From NCBI RefSeq assembly GCF_003704095.1, contig NW_020846150.1:62001-126000 (forward strand): 64,000 bases of DNA. The letters are read 5' to 3'. A program made the translations under genes and the position numbers. The notes under the pieces were generated by a model that saw only the letters and a program-made list of their open reading frames with translations, had not been told where the DNA came from and did no database searches. This stretch comes from Pocillopora damicornis. Lineage: Eukaryota. Shown piece by piece: positions 38,609 through 56,907 of this stretch; the stretch's first letter is position 1; every line of letters starts with the position of its first letter.

Positions 38609-41600
38609 TCAATCGCTAAAAAGATAAATGACTTTCATGCAGGATGATCCAGGCTTGTTGTCTTCTTCGGTATCGTTGACGAGGTCTTCCCAATACCACA
38701 GCCGATATTCTTGACCAGCGTTCACCACCAATGGAGAAGTAAATGTTAAGACCAGCTCAGGAGAGTTGCCTGTGAATCCAGGAAGCTCGTAATAATTAGC
38801 TATTTGATCTTCTGGGAAAACAACGTGGTCGTCCTTATCTGTTAGAATTGTGTCGATGAAGGAATGATAACCCCAGTTACTTTCATCTTCAGGTGTGCAG
38901 CTCACCTTACCAGAAATATGTACCAACCTGGTAGAGTAGATTTTACCGGCCATTGGTGTGAAAAACACCCCTGGCTTATCGCCTTTCCCATACATGCAAA
39001 CATCCCCCGGTATTTCGACAAGCCATTTTTCTATAAGGAAGGAAAAATTGACGACAATATGGTTGATTGTTACCAAAACAACAGCGCAGCTCTAAAACGT
39101 AAGATGGCTCCTCATTGGTTGAGCTCCATGATGTAATTGTTCAACATGTCACTTTCATACAGTTGCCATAGTAACGGTAAAACATTCGATTTTCGCGATA
39201 TGAACCGTCACTATGGATACATACTCCCAAAAACAAGCAATACGTTCAAGTCAGCAGGCTTCTCACTATTATAGCTACGTAATAATTATCATTTATACCA
39301 TATCAGACAATTACATTCTATATCATTGAATTACAACGTACTAAATGTAAAAGCTTTGAACGGTGTGTTTAAAATCGTCCTAATTTCCTACCACTTTTAA
39401 TATTTGAAATATATTTTGACGACTGGATGGTTTAGTGTTGTGGCTTCTACCGGCTTACTTAATCACACTTACCACAATATCTTCCAGAGTAATTTGCTTG
39501 ACACTCACACCAGAAATCATTCAGTTGATACAAGGCTCGACAGCTGCTGTTATTCCGACAAGGTTTTGATAAACATGGACTCTGTGAGGGAGCATTTGAC
39601 ATTTTGTTATACTTTCATGTCCTTAAGGTTTAACACGAGAATATAGGAGTGGAAAAAAACGATGCTTTATGATGTGAAACTTTTTTCCTTATACTTGAGG
39701 GTCTCAATCGGGTGATGGTTAAAGGTTAAGATTTAGCCAATTTTCGGCTAACGGTTGATATCTTTGAATTGTGGTCGCCATTAAAATTTTCACAGTTAAT
39801 CTGTTTGCGATCAACGGTTAAAATTTGTCAATTTTAACGCCCAACAACTTCATTTTTGGCCGTTTTACGGCTAACGGTTAACCGCTTTGAGACCCTCTTA
39901 CATCAAATACATTAATCATTTGGCAAACAAAACGCACAAGATCCAGAAACTGTGGCGGTTCACTGGATCTGAACAAACAGTTTTTCAATTTTGAGTTTGA
40001 AAAACGTTGTCAATGATTAAATGGGCCACCTTCTACGCCCTAACAAGGTTTCCTCCTCCCTTAAAAGAAGAAGTACATTTTGCAGGAATAATACAGTTTA
40101 GTATAGCTGTGTTTCAAAAGTATATGTGTTGCGTTTGTGACTCCAATTCGAAACTATTCTTCAAATGTGCTAAAACACCTTTTATTTCAAATCTGGTTCA
40201 AAAACCTGGCCGGCCTGTGACGTAGCAAGTACCAGTCTTCATTTCGATCTTAGCTATATTTTTTCAGTAGCGATCTACTGATCTTATCACTCAAAGGCTA
40301 AACTTAAAGGCATTCTTCTCGCACTCAGATAACAAGGGCGGCAACTGTTTGTGAAACGGACTTGTTTTCGAAAGTGCGGCGTCTGCAATCGAAATTTAGC
40401 ATATTCAAAGACAATTCTCGAACGGTTAAGTTAATCTTTAAGGGGGCAAAACACGATAGGTTGCAATTTATCCAAAATTAACATTTTTATGAATGCTAAT
40501 TAGGAAAAATAAGAGGCCAAAATGTTTCATCCTTAAAATTGTAGCTTTCTAGAAAACACGATAACGCTAAGGTACAAAAACGTCTCTCAGACTTATTAAT
40601 ATTTCCATCAGTGGAAAATATGCGAGTCTTGAAAAGCACAAGACAAAAAATAATACTACGAAAGCCTCAGTCTTGTGTCCATGATAAACTTCCGTATAGA
40701 TCGCATTTCAATTAAAGAGATTGACTTCTTTTGAAATGGAGGCACTGTATATATCTAAATTTCGAAATAATTCTTCATCACTTTCTTCCTTTCCTAATTG
40801 CAAAAAATAGTTGAAGAGTGTGCTGGGCGTAAGGAAACTTAACGTTGAAATGAATCTTCAGCGAAAGAGAGAAAGGAACACCTGCTGGATTGATGATTGT
40901 CTGATTAAACCACCGAAAACATAACCACTGTGGTACTGAGCATTCATTAGAAATAGTCTAGAGTTTAGTTATCAATATCAACTCAAATTCAAAATTCCTG
41001 TTTTTCAACTAAAACATTAAAAAAAACCTCTAACAGGACAAGGCGTGCGTTTCATGCTGAAAACTACCACCCCAAAAATTCAAATTCTTTAGGGTCTTTA
41101 GGCGCTGAAAAAGTTAGCAGGGAACTTTCCCCAAATTTCGTTCACCCACTCTCAATTTTTTGTCCCATTGTCCACGAGCACATTTAGTTTAGATAGTAAT
41201 AAGCTTGCATTGTAAAGCCGTTACAAGCTTTTATTGAAATTGCAGGCTTTTCAACCAAAGAAGTAAATTCCATATATGGTATTCATTTTAGCTGAGCGAA
41301 AGTTCAGGAAACAAACAATAACCAACTTGGTGGTTTTTAATAAGCTTGTAATTCATGTAGGCTCCAGTTGGGAAGTCTTGGTGATTAAGCTCACCCTAGG
41401 GGCTAATTCATTACTCTCTTGTGTTACCCTTATTGTGTGGGAAAAATTTAGGCATAAGTAAATTTGTTGTTGAAATTAAAAACGGTTCTTGGAACAGGAT
41501 AACCCAAGGCAATGAGGTCAAAGAAGGTATCCTTCTAACGGGCAAAAATAGTTTGCTGGGTTTGAGCAAAGAAGCAAAAGAATAAATACAATCACTTTTT

Positions 41601-43822
41601 GAGTTATTGAGGTCTAGACAAACAGTTTTGTTTCAGTCCCTGCTCTGTCGGTGTCGAGAGCCTTCTGCATAGCTCGGTCAATCAACTGGAGATGTTGCGT
41701 AAGAAATAAAAAATAAATAGTACTATGTTAAATTCCGATTAAATCGCGGAAGTGATGTGGCTTGCCTCTGTAACCTGACTGGTGTCATCCTATATAGGGT
41801 AATTTATTATTATCAACCGCATGAGTTGATAACGTGAATTAGCCACCGTAAAGAGTTTAAAGGTTGACTTTTCGAGCGTTACCCCTTCGTCAGAGCGAAT
41901 GGAACAATTTTGGGTTGTTAATGTGTTTATTTGCAGAAAATGGAGCTACGCTATCGGTGGAATGTAGTGACGAGAACTGAAACAAGAATAAATAAATTGA
42001 ATGAAAAGCGCCCGTTGATACCGTGAGGATTAAGAGTGCTAATTTGAGAGATTAATTTTTGTTTTAAAGCTTTACGGCTTTCCGAACTGCCGAGATGTAG
42101 GGAAAGGCCGCAAACTACCATATTCTGCTTAGAATGATTAGGGAGATTATAGTGTATAGCGAATGGTTTGGATGCGTCCTTGTCATTTCTTTCTACGTCG
42201 CGAAGGTGTTCTCCGAATCGGTTACCTAGTCGTCTTCCTGTCACCAATGTTTTACTCTTCGCAATAAGTGCAAGTTATGCAGTAAATGACATTGGCGGAG
42301 GTGTACATAAACTGATCAGTGATTTTAATGGATCTCTAAGGGTCCCGATTTTCTCTGCGTTATGCATGAAAGGACAAGTTTTGCATCCAGTGAGCGAGCG
42401 CCTTTGAAAGTTCCAGGTTGATTATAGCAGTTTGAAACGAACCCCTGACCAAAAAGTTGCCTATGTTTTTGTCACATTTGAATGAAATTGGTGGAGGTTG
42501 CAAAAAGATAGTACCAATCTCTGAATAGTTTTGAAGTAATTAACATTTTCTAGGAATTATAGATTTAATTGCGTGGTGGTGAGGGTGAAATGCGAGAGTA
42601 AATGGAATGCGATCAGTATTTTCCTTCTTAGCCGTTTGTAGTGCTGCCCGTATGTCAATCAATTTGTTGGACGCGGTAGTGGCCCGCTTGAACGACAGAA
42701 ACAGGATAGCAACGTTTATCGAAAAACTGATTTTTCCGAAAAATCAGAGTCGTCACTACATAAACGACGAAGGCTGAAAAACTGTGAAAAAGGTATGGAA
42801 TTCTTGACGCGTGATGGATGCGAAGATGAATACAACAAGTAACTATGTGAATCTGTAGGTTTGTAATAAACACTAGTGCATAAGCCGTTGCCTCCAATTG
42901 AAATTTTGATGTCTAGAAAAGCCAAAGAAGTGTCAGAAATTTCCCAGGTATATTTCAGAGCCGGGTTAAAAGAATTTACGGCGCTTATAAATTGAGTGAG
43001 CTCCTCTCTGGCAGAGGAGGTAGCGCCGATGCAGTCGTCAATGTAGCGACCGTAGAGTTCAGGTTTGGGGCCGTGGCATTTACTAAAAAATTGGGTGTTC
43101 GATAAAACCTACGAAAAGACTTGCGGAGCTGGGTCCCATTTTAGTACACATTGCTACGCCATTAGTTTGTTTATAGTATTTGCCACCGAATGAAAAGCAA
43201 TTGAGTGTAAGTACTTGTTCGGCTAGACGGAGTAGTGTTTCAGAGCTAGGTTCCTCGACAGTGCGTAGATAAAAAAAAATATATGTTTAAGGGCCCGAAG
43301 ACCTTCGTCATTGGGAATAGCAGTGCAAAGAGATGTAATATCCATAGTGAAAATAAGTTTGTTTTGGCCAAGGAAATTAAAGTCACGAAAAATAGGTGGT
43401 CTTACTTTAAAGATCAACCAAAACGATTTCAAGACTGCTTAAGTAAAATGCAGCTGTTAAGCAAACCATACCTTAACACTGTAGTGATGGAAATGTGGAC
43501 TTGGTTTAAAGCTGTCAGAAGCGTTATACTTGTCTGTGGGAAGCAGCTCACAAACATAGTTACCAGTGATATCAGGTTTAGCAGCAAGGTTTGTTGAGAA
43601 ACATCGCTGATCCTCTAAACATTGAAGCACACAATCTAATCGATCTCTGACAAGGCTGGATTCAAGCTCCACTATATCAAGAACGTGAAAAACATGGTCG
43701 ATAAAAGAAGCGACACGAAACTTAGAATCACGTTGAAAACTTGTGGAGAATAAAGATTGTTTAAAAGGAAACACTATGTAAAGGAACAAAATATTCTGCA
43801 AAGTCAGCCTCGCCTGAAACAT
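38609..43822 (-). CDS. Putative secreted protein: hydrophobic leader, PAN/apple-like domain, EGF domain, uncharacterised ~140-aa C-terminal domain
   Basis: Phase-compatible exons 43822-43472 (..CVLQCLEDQRCFSTN..CELLPTDKY..FHHYSVK|gtatgg), 39581-39473 (SPCLSKPCRNNSSCRALYQLNDFWCECQANYSGRYC|gtaagt) and 39030-38609 (EKWLVEIPGDVC..YRLWYWEDL..SCMKVIYLFSD*). Confidence 0.75.
39697..39897. mobile_element. MITE-like element in intron
   Basis: gagggtctcaatcgggt ... accgctttgagaccctc inverted termini with internal aacggtta subrepeats. Confidence 0.55.
41797..43400 (-). mobile_element. 5'-truncated, frameshifted Penelope-like retroelement (RT + GIY-YIG endonuclease + 3' hammerhead-like motif)
   Basis: LIFTMDITSL, TKMGPS, LYGRYIDDCIG, FLDIKIS..TSVYYKPTDSHSYLLYSSSHP, NVIYCITC..TGRRLGNRFGEHLRD..LNPHGINGRF. 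3' GCTCTGACGAAGGGGTAACGCTCGAAAAGTC at 41896-41863. Multiple stops and frameshifts. Confidence 0.9.
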
Positions 43823-45020
43823 TGCGAATATGATTGCAGTTTGTTTAGTGAATTCCAAATATAAAGTTACATCTCTTTATTATGAACTCATAATGCCACC
43901 TGTGCTATCAGTTATTATTTCAAACAATTACAATGTTATTTTAGTAATTTTCGAAACTTCCAGTTTTGTATCGCGTATCGTATGGTATACACGAAGTGCA
44001 AAGTAACTCTTTATTTCGACTGTGAAGCCCCAATCAATTCGAAACTTCTACATTTACCCCGGGGAACCCACAGGTATCTGAATGACGTTCCTGCCCAGGG
44101 GGTGGGGAATTTGAAGCAGAACTGACAAGTCTTTCCAGAAGAATGCACATGTTTTATCGTTACATGTGTAGGTGTTTAAAGGTAAAAAGTTTACTTTCGC
44201 AAGCAGATGGCTCAGAAGAAAAGGTCTACGAGAAAGTTAGGGTCGTTAATCTTGCATTTTATAAAACAATTGACGATCGAATCCGGCGTTTGNNNNNNNN
44301 NNNNNNNNNNNNNNNNNNNNNNNNNNNNNNNNNNNNNNNNNNNNNNNNNNNNNNNNNNNNNNNNNNNNNNNNNNNNNNNNNNNNNNNNNNNNNNNNNNNN
44401 NNNNNNNNNNNNNNNNNNNNNNNNNNNNNNNNNNNNNNNNNNNNNNNNNNNNNNNNNNNNNNNNNNNNNNNNNNNNNNNNNNNNNNNNNNNNNNNNNNNN
44501 NNNNNNNNNNNNNNNNNNNNNNNNNNNNNNNNNNNNNNNNNNNNNGTTCTTGATCTATCACTCAATGTACTGAAATGTGGAAATTCAACATATAATAACG
44601 CAGAGAGTTTTGTTAATCGTGCTTTTTTAAAATAAATTATCTAGCTGCTTGAAATAAAGACTCCAGTGCATCTTCAAGCTAGAATAACAAAAAAATTTGT
44701 TTTCTTTTTGCTTATTAATTATTAACATAGCCCAGCTCAACCTCTGTCCAGGGGACACTTGCGCTGGTCCCAACGGTGTCCCTATCAAAATTTTTGGAGA
44801 TACCTAAATATGTTCTTAGCACTTTACTGCTATGGGGTCACTTAAACGAAATAAACCAAACAATGATTGCAATTGTGCAACTCTGTGCTCAGCACCAAAA
44901 CATGCAAAGGGAACAAATAATGTTTTTGAAATTCACTGGATTTGTCAGTTTTGTGAAAATGACCCCATGAAAAGTAGTTGCACTGAAGGCACAACTCTAT
45001 TTTACACAGAGAAATCTGTT

Positions 45021-45509
45021 TTACACAGGTTTCTTTGGTATTTTTGGAGCGGGAACAAAGTTCATTCTTTGTCGCAGTTCATCTATAGGCTCTTCAAAGT
45101 GTTTTTCAAAATAAACATTTAGAAAGAACTTGGATTGATATCCGCAATAAACAGCCCAGGGAATGTAGTACTTCCTTAGTTCTGCCCTCTGTCTGTAAAT
45201 GAACACAGAAAGGAAGACTATTGACAGCAGATAACGGATCAGAAAACACTGCATGCACGTGTATCAAAAATAAAGTGAAGCCAGAGAAATGGGTTACTTC
45301 CTAGATACAAGAAACATAGGCACAAAAGACTAAATTAAAAAAGGGAATAGTTAAAACATTCATGGCAGAATCACAACTTACCTCCCTGTAAGTCGAATTG
45401 GAGCTACAAATGAGCTGAGGGCACACATTGGGAGGCCTGTTTGAATCATCTCATACCACTTCACAGCTATTTCATGTGGTACACTGTTAGTTATAATAAT
45501 TAAAAAAAA

Positions 45510-45550
<41 letters not shown>

Positions 45551-48500
45551 AAAATTTAGTGGTTTGAATGCAAAAGCAGTTCATCAAGAATAAAGACTGC
45601 TCTCCATGACAGTGACTGACATTTAGACAATAGCTATTGAAATATGGAATATTTTCATTGACTCTGATGACAACAATAGTTTGTTGAAACATCAGTCAGT
45701 TCTTTTAGGAGCAACTATCACCTGCTTGGATGATCAGAAAACAGGATCAGAGACAAAATCTATTCAAATTACAAATGGCTACATGTAAAGTGTTTTGGTC
45801 CAGCTGGTTTTTAGTCTAATTTTTCTTGCAGCCATGAAAATTATTATTTTTGTTCATGGCACATTCTTACCACTTTGCAAGAAGAAATTTAGCATCTTTC
45901 ATACACACCAAGGACACAAACCTTATGGACAAGCCAGCCAGTGTGTGAACAAAGTCATGAACTTCTCTATATCTTTGCATTACGTAGGCAAGATCTTTGT
46001 CATCAACATACTTCACCTGAAAGAATTAGAAGCAGAAGTTCTCATCTTATGACTAAGAAAACCACATGGATAAGAAAACCACATGGTGACATGTAACAGA
46101 GACAATTTGACTTGTTTGAGGAGAGGAAAGTCTTAATCCATGCCACTGATCACAGGGACAAAGATTTCATTACAAATTTCCACTTGCATTGGATAAATTC
46201 AGCAGTTTAGCACCTGACAATTTTTGTATTATATGGCATAACACTTATCCAATAACATGAGCTGTGCACAACTTTCCTCAACTATCACTGACTTACAAGA
46301 GGCAACTTGGTTACTAGTAACTTTTACTACAACAAGGCTTTGTTTTATTTGTTGAATGATTAAATTTCAGTGCTTACCTCATCTCTACTGTCAGCTGTAA
46401 TTTTCTTTTGAATGGTCAAAAAGATGAAGAGAAGAACAATAAGTAAATTTTAGAGAAAAATGATGAGATTTCACAAATACTTAAATCAATACTAAATACA
46501 TTGTTCACTGGCAAGCATGTTAGCTGGTGCATTTATTTCCCTTGGTGAGAAAAAACACTGATTGTATTTCATTATGTTTGAAAATGACATAAAATCTAGG
46601 GCATTCAAAAAAGTACATGGGTGAAAATGTCCCCTCCTCTATTAATCATCCTCTCTTTCTTTCAGAAATAATTCAAGGGAACAATGCCAAGATTTTTGCT
46701 TTGTTCATTTGTTGTTTTGTTTTTACCCCTGGCCAATTGAATTCATTGTAAAGTTGGAATATTGAAATACTTGAGACACAACATAAGTTTGGATTACAAA
46801 GGAAACACTTTTCAACTTAGGCTAACTATGTGTAAATGAAGATGCACAACAGTTCACATGCTTTTCACAGAGTACTTTGTGCCATAATTAAAGAACAGAC
46901 TCACATTAGTGTCCATATTTCTGGCATATTCTCTTCCAAATGATCCATCAGGAAGTTGTCGAAGCTTAGTCATGTCTATTATGGATGAGTTTATGCGAGG
47001 ACATTCTCTTTAAGTTAAACAAGACAAAACAAGTGTAATAAATAAATGCTCAAGTCAATCTGGATTGTGTGTACTCAACATACTGTAGCCTTAGTTGATC
47101 TAACATTTGAAATATCATCCAATACGTAGGTCAACTCATACATGGATCAATACTCAGCCAATAATAACTGGTAATGATATGCAAGTGAAGTTTAACTAAT
47201 GTCTCTTGTCTCAATATGCCAATACTTAGCTGACACCTTGACTAAATCATAGGCTGACTATCAGTCAAGTTTCAGTCAATTGGTATTGCTCTAATAGTTT
47301 AGCATCTGGCAAATTTTAATTAACTAACAATGGTCCTCATGATCACTATATTACATGTGTATGGCTTGTATCCAATTATTTAATGAGAGAGGTTGTAAAA
47401 TGTAATCAAAGGTGATGAACAGAAAGTGAGAAATAGAGACTGCAAAAAAACCCCAGAAATTACTTCCTCAAATTTCTCTCAAATAGTTGCTCGGCTGGTT
47501 TTTACTTCTACCCAATCAACATGAATATAGGCAAGATATGGCACTCAACCAAGAGTATTTAAAGCAGCAATTAGTTTAACATATCCATAACAAGGTTGAC
47601 ATCAGAGGCCTACATTAAAAATAAATCTTGAATTATTTGACTCATGACACCAATTTCACCTACTGTAATATCTCTTGTCCAACTGGATCTGCTTGCATTT
47701 TTTTGTGCATGTTCTTAAGTGCTAAGAATCCTGTTGTCTCTCCTAGTGTTGCCACCATATCTACAATATCCACAAACATTNNNNNNNNNNNNNNNNNNNN
47801 NNNNNNNNNNNNNNNNNNNNNNNNNNNNNNNNNNNNNNNNNNNNNNNNNNNNNNNNNNNNNNNNNNNNNNNNNNNNNNNNNNNNNNNNNNNNNNNNNNNN
47901 NNNNNNNNNNNNNNNNNNNNNNNNNNNNNNNNNNNNNNNNNNNNNNNNNNNNNNNNNNNNNNNNNNNNNNNNNNNNNNNNNNNNNNNNNNNNNNAAAAAT
48001 TTAGGAGAATGGGCTGTATTTTTTATGCTTTCTGCAGATGAAGTCTTCTTAGATAAAGATTGCAGTGGGTGAAGAAACCTTACTGAAGAAAGCTGATTAC
48101 TGTCATCAGTTTTTCTCATAAAGGGGTTTGTCATATCAGGATCCAAAGGTGACTGGGTAAGAAGTAGTTATCTTCAATAGTCACAGGATGGAGATTTATA
48201 CCATTATTACAAACAAACAATGTCCGTTACCTGCTCTTGCTGGATTGTACAATGCCATCAGGGCAGACCCAGTTGTCAGTAGCACCTTCTGCATCATAGA
48301 TGTGGGGATATGTGACTCATAAAGCTGAAATCCATCATGTGATTGGTTGCTTTCTTCCATATCATCCTCCCAACCAGGGATGCTGTCGCTAATGGCGTCA
48401 TCAAACTCTAACCCTTTTGGACAAAATGTGAAATGGCTTAGTCTCCCATCTACCTTACTGATACTTAATTTTACTAAATAAAGGACACACAAATAAAAAT

Positions 48501-49442
48501 TCTGGCAAAATTTTTAAAGACAAAATTTAATCTCCTAAAGAAAATTCAAATCACAGAAAAAAAACAATGAATGTGTAAAAACAATAACATATACCAGATA
48601 TTGATTTTGTATCCACACAAATTTTTTTTGCTGTTCTTACTGGTAAGTTCTGATTTGTATCCCCTGCTGTGAAATAATGCTGCTTTGCAAAGATTTCACA
48701 GAAGGAGTAGAAAGTCTGGCTATCATCTTCACCTGAATCCCTAGATTTATACAAATTCCATAGAATATCTTCCATGTAGTCATTAAAAGTTAAGATATTT
48801 TGAAAGATAAAATAAAGTTTAGAATGCTTAAATCACAAAATGTAATCCTCTTTTTTCATTTTCTCCTATTGAAACACAGGTAGCCCAAGCTCCAGCTGTG
48901 AGATAATCATCTTGCAAAATAAGGTTCAAGGCAAAAAATATAAGAGTCTGTATTGGAATATTTATGACAGCTCTAGGGAAGTAAAAATACAGTCAAATTC
49001 TTAACAAATACCACACCTTACTTTCACAGTGCTTTGTTTGTTTTGTGACCACTTACTCAGGGGGGCCACACCATCACTTGGTATCAACAAATTGTTCTAG
49101 AACCATAAGTGCCAAGTGATGGTGTGGTGCTCGGTGAGGCTCAGTTTGCAAAGGAGGCAGGGTAATAACAAGCTGGTTCGTAAGGAGAAATGAAATATTT
49201 TGTGCTACAGGCTTAAAAGAATCTCTCGATGAGCTACGCTAGCTTGGTAATTTGTCTCGTCGATTGAGTCATCACAGAGGTAATCTCTCTTGTTTCATCT
49301 AACAAAGACAAATTCTCCCAACAAATTGTAATAATCAAGGTTTACCTGCTGATACAAAACGTTTTCCCTTTAATATTCTCCAAGGATTATGAAAGTTTCT
49401 TGTGATATGACGGCTACGATTTAGAACAGTTATGGCCGCCAT
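45021..49442 (-). CDS. COQ4: Ubiquinone biosynthesis protein COQ4, mitochondrial
   Basis: Exon 1 49442-49346 gives an Arg-rich, acid-free presequence (MAAITVLNRSRHITRNFHNPWRILKGKRFVSA). Then LYESHIPTS..GSALMALYNPARADMVATLGETTG, LRQLPDGSFGREY, LAYVMQRYREVHDFVHTLAGL..PHEIAVKWYEMIQTGLPMC, FLNVYFEKHFEEPIDELR. The HDxxH..E motif is present. Confidence 0.94.
45513..45549. repeat. (TTA)n microsatellite in COQ4 intron
   Basis: About 12 consecutive TTA units. Confidence 0.9.
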
Positions 49443-49523
49443 TTTAATTTAGTTTCAGTCCCAGACTTATCTATTCCTGAAACAAACCAAGAGGCTGGGA
49501 TCTAAGCAGCGTGGAAATCAAAG
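49443..49523. promoter_or_regulatory. 81-bp spacer between COQ4 and DHPS start codons (bidirectional promoter)
   Basis: Divergent ATGs at 49442 (-) and 49524 (+), both in an AA[A/G]ATGGCGG (YY1-like/Kozak) context. Confidence 0.65.
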
Positions 49524-54965
<5,442 letters not shown>

Positions 54966-56768
54966 GATTGAAAGGGAGTAAGCGATAAGGTGAAGGAAAA
55001 AACTTCGCCAATGGAGACAAATTTTGAAGCTTCCAGGATGCTTTGAGTGAGATTAAAAGACGGCGGACGTGGTTCAAATACAGAAGATTCTCGACATTTT
55101 GTCACCGCAGTAATTGAATTTATTCAATGGAAAGTTCTGGCCTTTAATTGTAGTTTGCATAAACAATGGTTCAAATATTCGTAGGTCGTGGGAAGTAAAT
55201 ATAATGCCATGTCGTGAAGATTGCTTGGACTTTAATTCTTGCACACTTCGAAACTATTGGCGCAGTTAACGATTAAGAACCCAAAGGAGTATTAAAAGAT
55301 GAAAAATTGGAATTCACTCTTCAATGCGTCATTTTAGTTTGCGAGGAAACTTTATAACGAGTTGCGAAACAGGTTTTCTCGGGGAATTTGTGTCACCGCA
55401 CAAGATGCTGTGAACTCTTTATTTAAACAATCTTGACGTAAAGAAGAGCGAAAGTCACGACACCTCTAAACCTCAATGGCGAAACTTTACTTTGTTTTCC
55501 TCGCCACCTTAATTGCTGTGCATCTAAACATCTAATTTTTTGAACATTTTTTCTCAGTTTTTCAAATAACTATTCCACTTGTCTCATCTGCTGAAGTTGT
55601 TATGAAGGAGTAAACATGTCATCAAGAAATGATGGTGTCTTTTTATGAGTTTTGTTCATTGAGAAGCAAACTGGGTTTGGAAGGGTTGAAAGAATTTAAT
55701 TCATTGATTTGAAATGAATGAAAATTACCCAGTGCGAGGAGAAACAACAACTGTTACCGCCAAACTTTGTGTTTCGATTGTTTTGATAGCTTTCTTATTC
55801 TATCATTTAAGGAGAAATATTTTAAAAAGTTACATCTTGCGATCTCGTATTTGCTTCTGTAATGAAATAGTTACCAGTTTGACATTTAATTTCTGTTGCT
55901 GGATATAATGTTGGCAATTAATAATGAATGCGCTGCAAACCGAAGAAAAATAACCTTAATAGCTTATTCAGTAGGGAAGAGTTTTAAGCCACCAAAAATA
56001 TTCATGACAGAATTTCAATGCTGCTTTCATTTTCCACAGAGCTTTTCAGAGGTTATATTTGTTCTAGCGTTATTACATGGTTCTGTTTTTTTGTGTGTGT
56101 TCAGTACTTTTAGGTTAGAGACGATCAACGTTTTATCCTTTTTCCTCGGTAAATATGTGTACCTGTGACGGTTAAACGGTGTTCCTGTATGTTAACTAGT
56201 GTCATAACTATTTTTGTTGATAACCATCGAAAGATCAGCTCTCAATACTTTGATAGCGGGAACAAACGAGCATTACCGAAGCGCTCAAGCTTATTTTTTC
56301 ACAAATTCTTTCTATATAATCGCTTTACTGAAGTTAAGACAATGAATTTCTTGTTGGAGATGTCACGTTTCACAAAACTCTTCAAATTAGTAGGACGTGC
56401 TTATTTGAACACTTTGCTGCACCCAAACGAACACAAAATAAATTGCCATCTTTAATGGTAAGTTGCGTAAAACTCAGCCCTTTTCATTGGTTTATATTCT
56501 GACAGCTTTAGAGCTTAAATATAATTGCATTTTCCAAACAACGTTTTATGCAGGTGACAATTGTCCGTTGGGTGTTGATATTTTAGTTGAGCTTTGTTCG
56601 TCAGTAGGTGACTATCACAATGAAAGGCTGAAGCTTAAGTGCAAGCACACAGCGAATCTGCAGGAGTGATCAACAGGTAGTTTAATACAAGATAGTTTAT
56701 TTTAGCTTATTCTCGCCTAAACTGGCCTTGTTCGATTATTTCTAACCCAATTTTTCCTATCTTGAAAT

Positions 56769-56907
56769 GGTAAAGTTTCCGTACAGCCCCCATACTATTG
56801 TAAAACAAATCTGTATTTCCAATGGATATTTGTTGTTTTTGTCATTGTTTTCTCTGTTCAAGAACTAAATGCACAATGTGGGATGGGGCTGTGCGGAAAT
56901 TTTTACC
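56769..56907. mobile_element. 139-bp MITE with 8-bp TSD
   Basis: TIRs ggtaaagtttccgtacagcccc / ggggctgtgcggaaatttttacc; CTTGAAAT duplicated at 56761-56768 and 56908-56915. Confidence 0.75.

Noticed and set aside
45600-45740. CTGATGA...GAAAC motif in a COQ4 intron as an active ribozyme or snoRNA
   Set aside because: Stem II closing pair is mismatched and the cleavage site is degenerate; it looks like an old repeat remnant.
47995-48155. Open frame (SPLDPDMTNPFMRK...) in a COQ4 intron as another exon
   Set aside because: Acceptor phase is incompatible with the flanking COQ4 exons, it would split the conserved NPARA-DMVA motif, and it runs into a gap.
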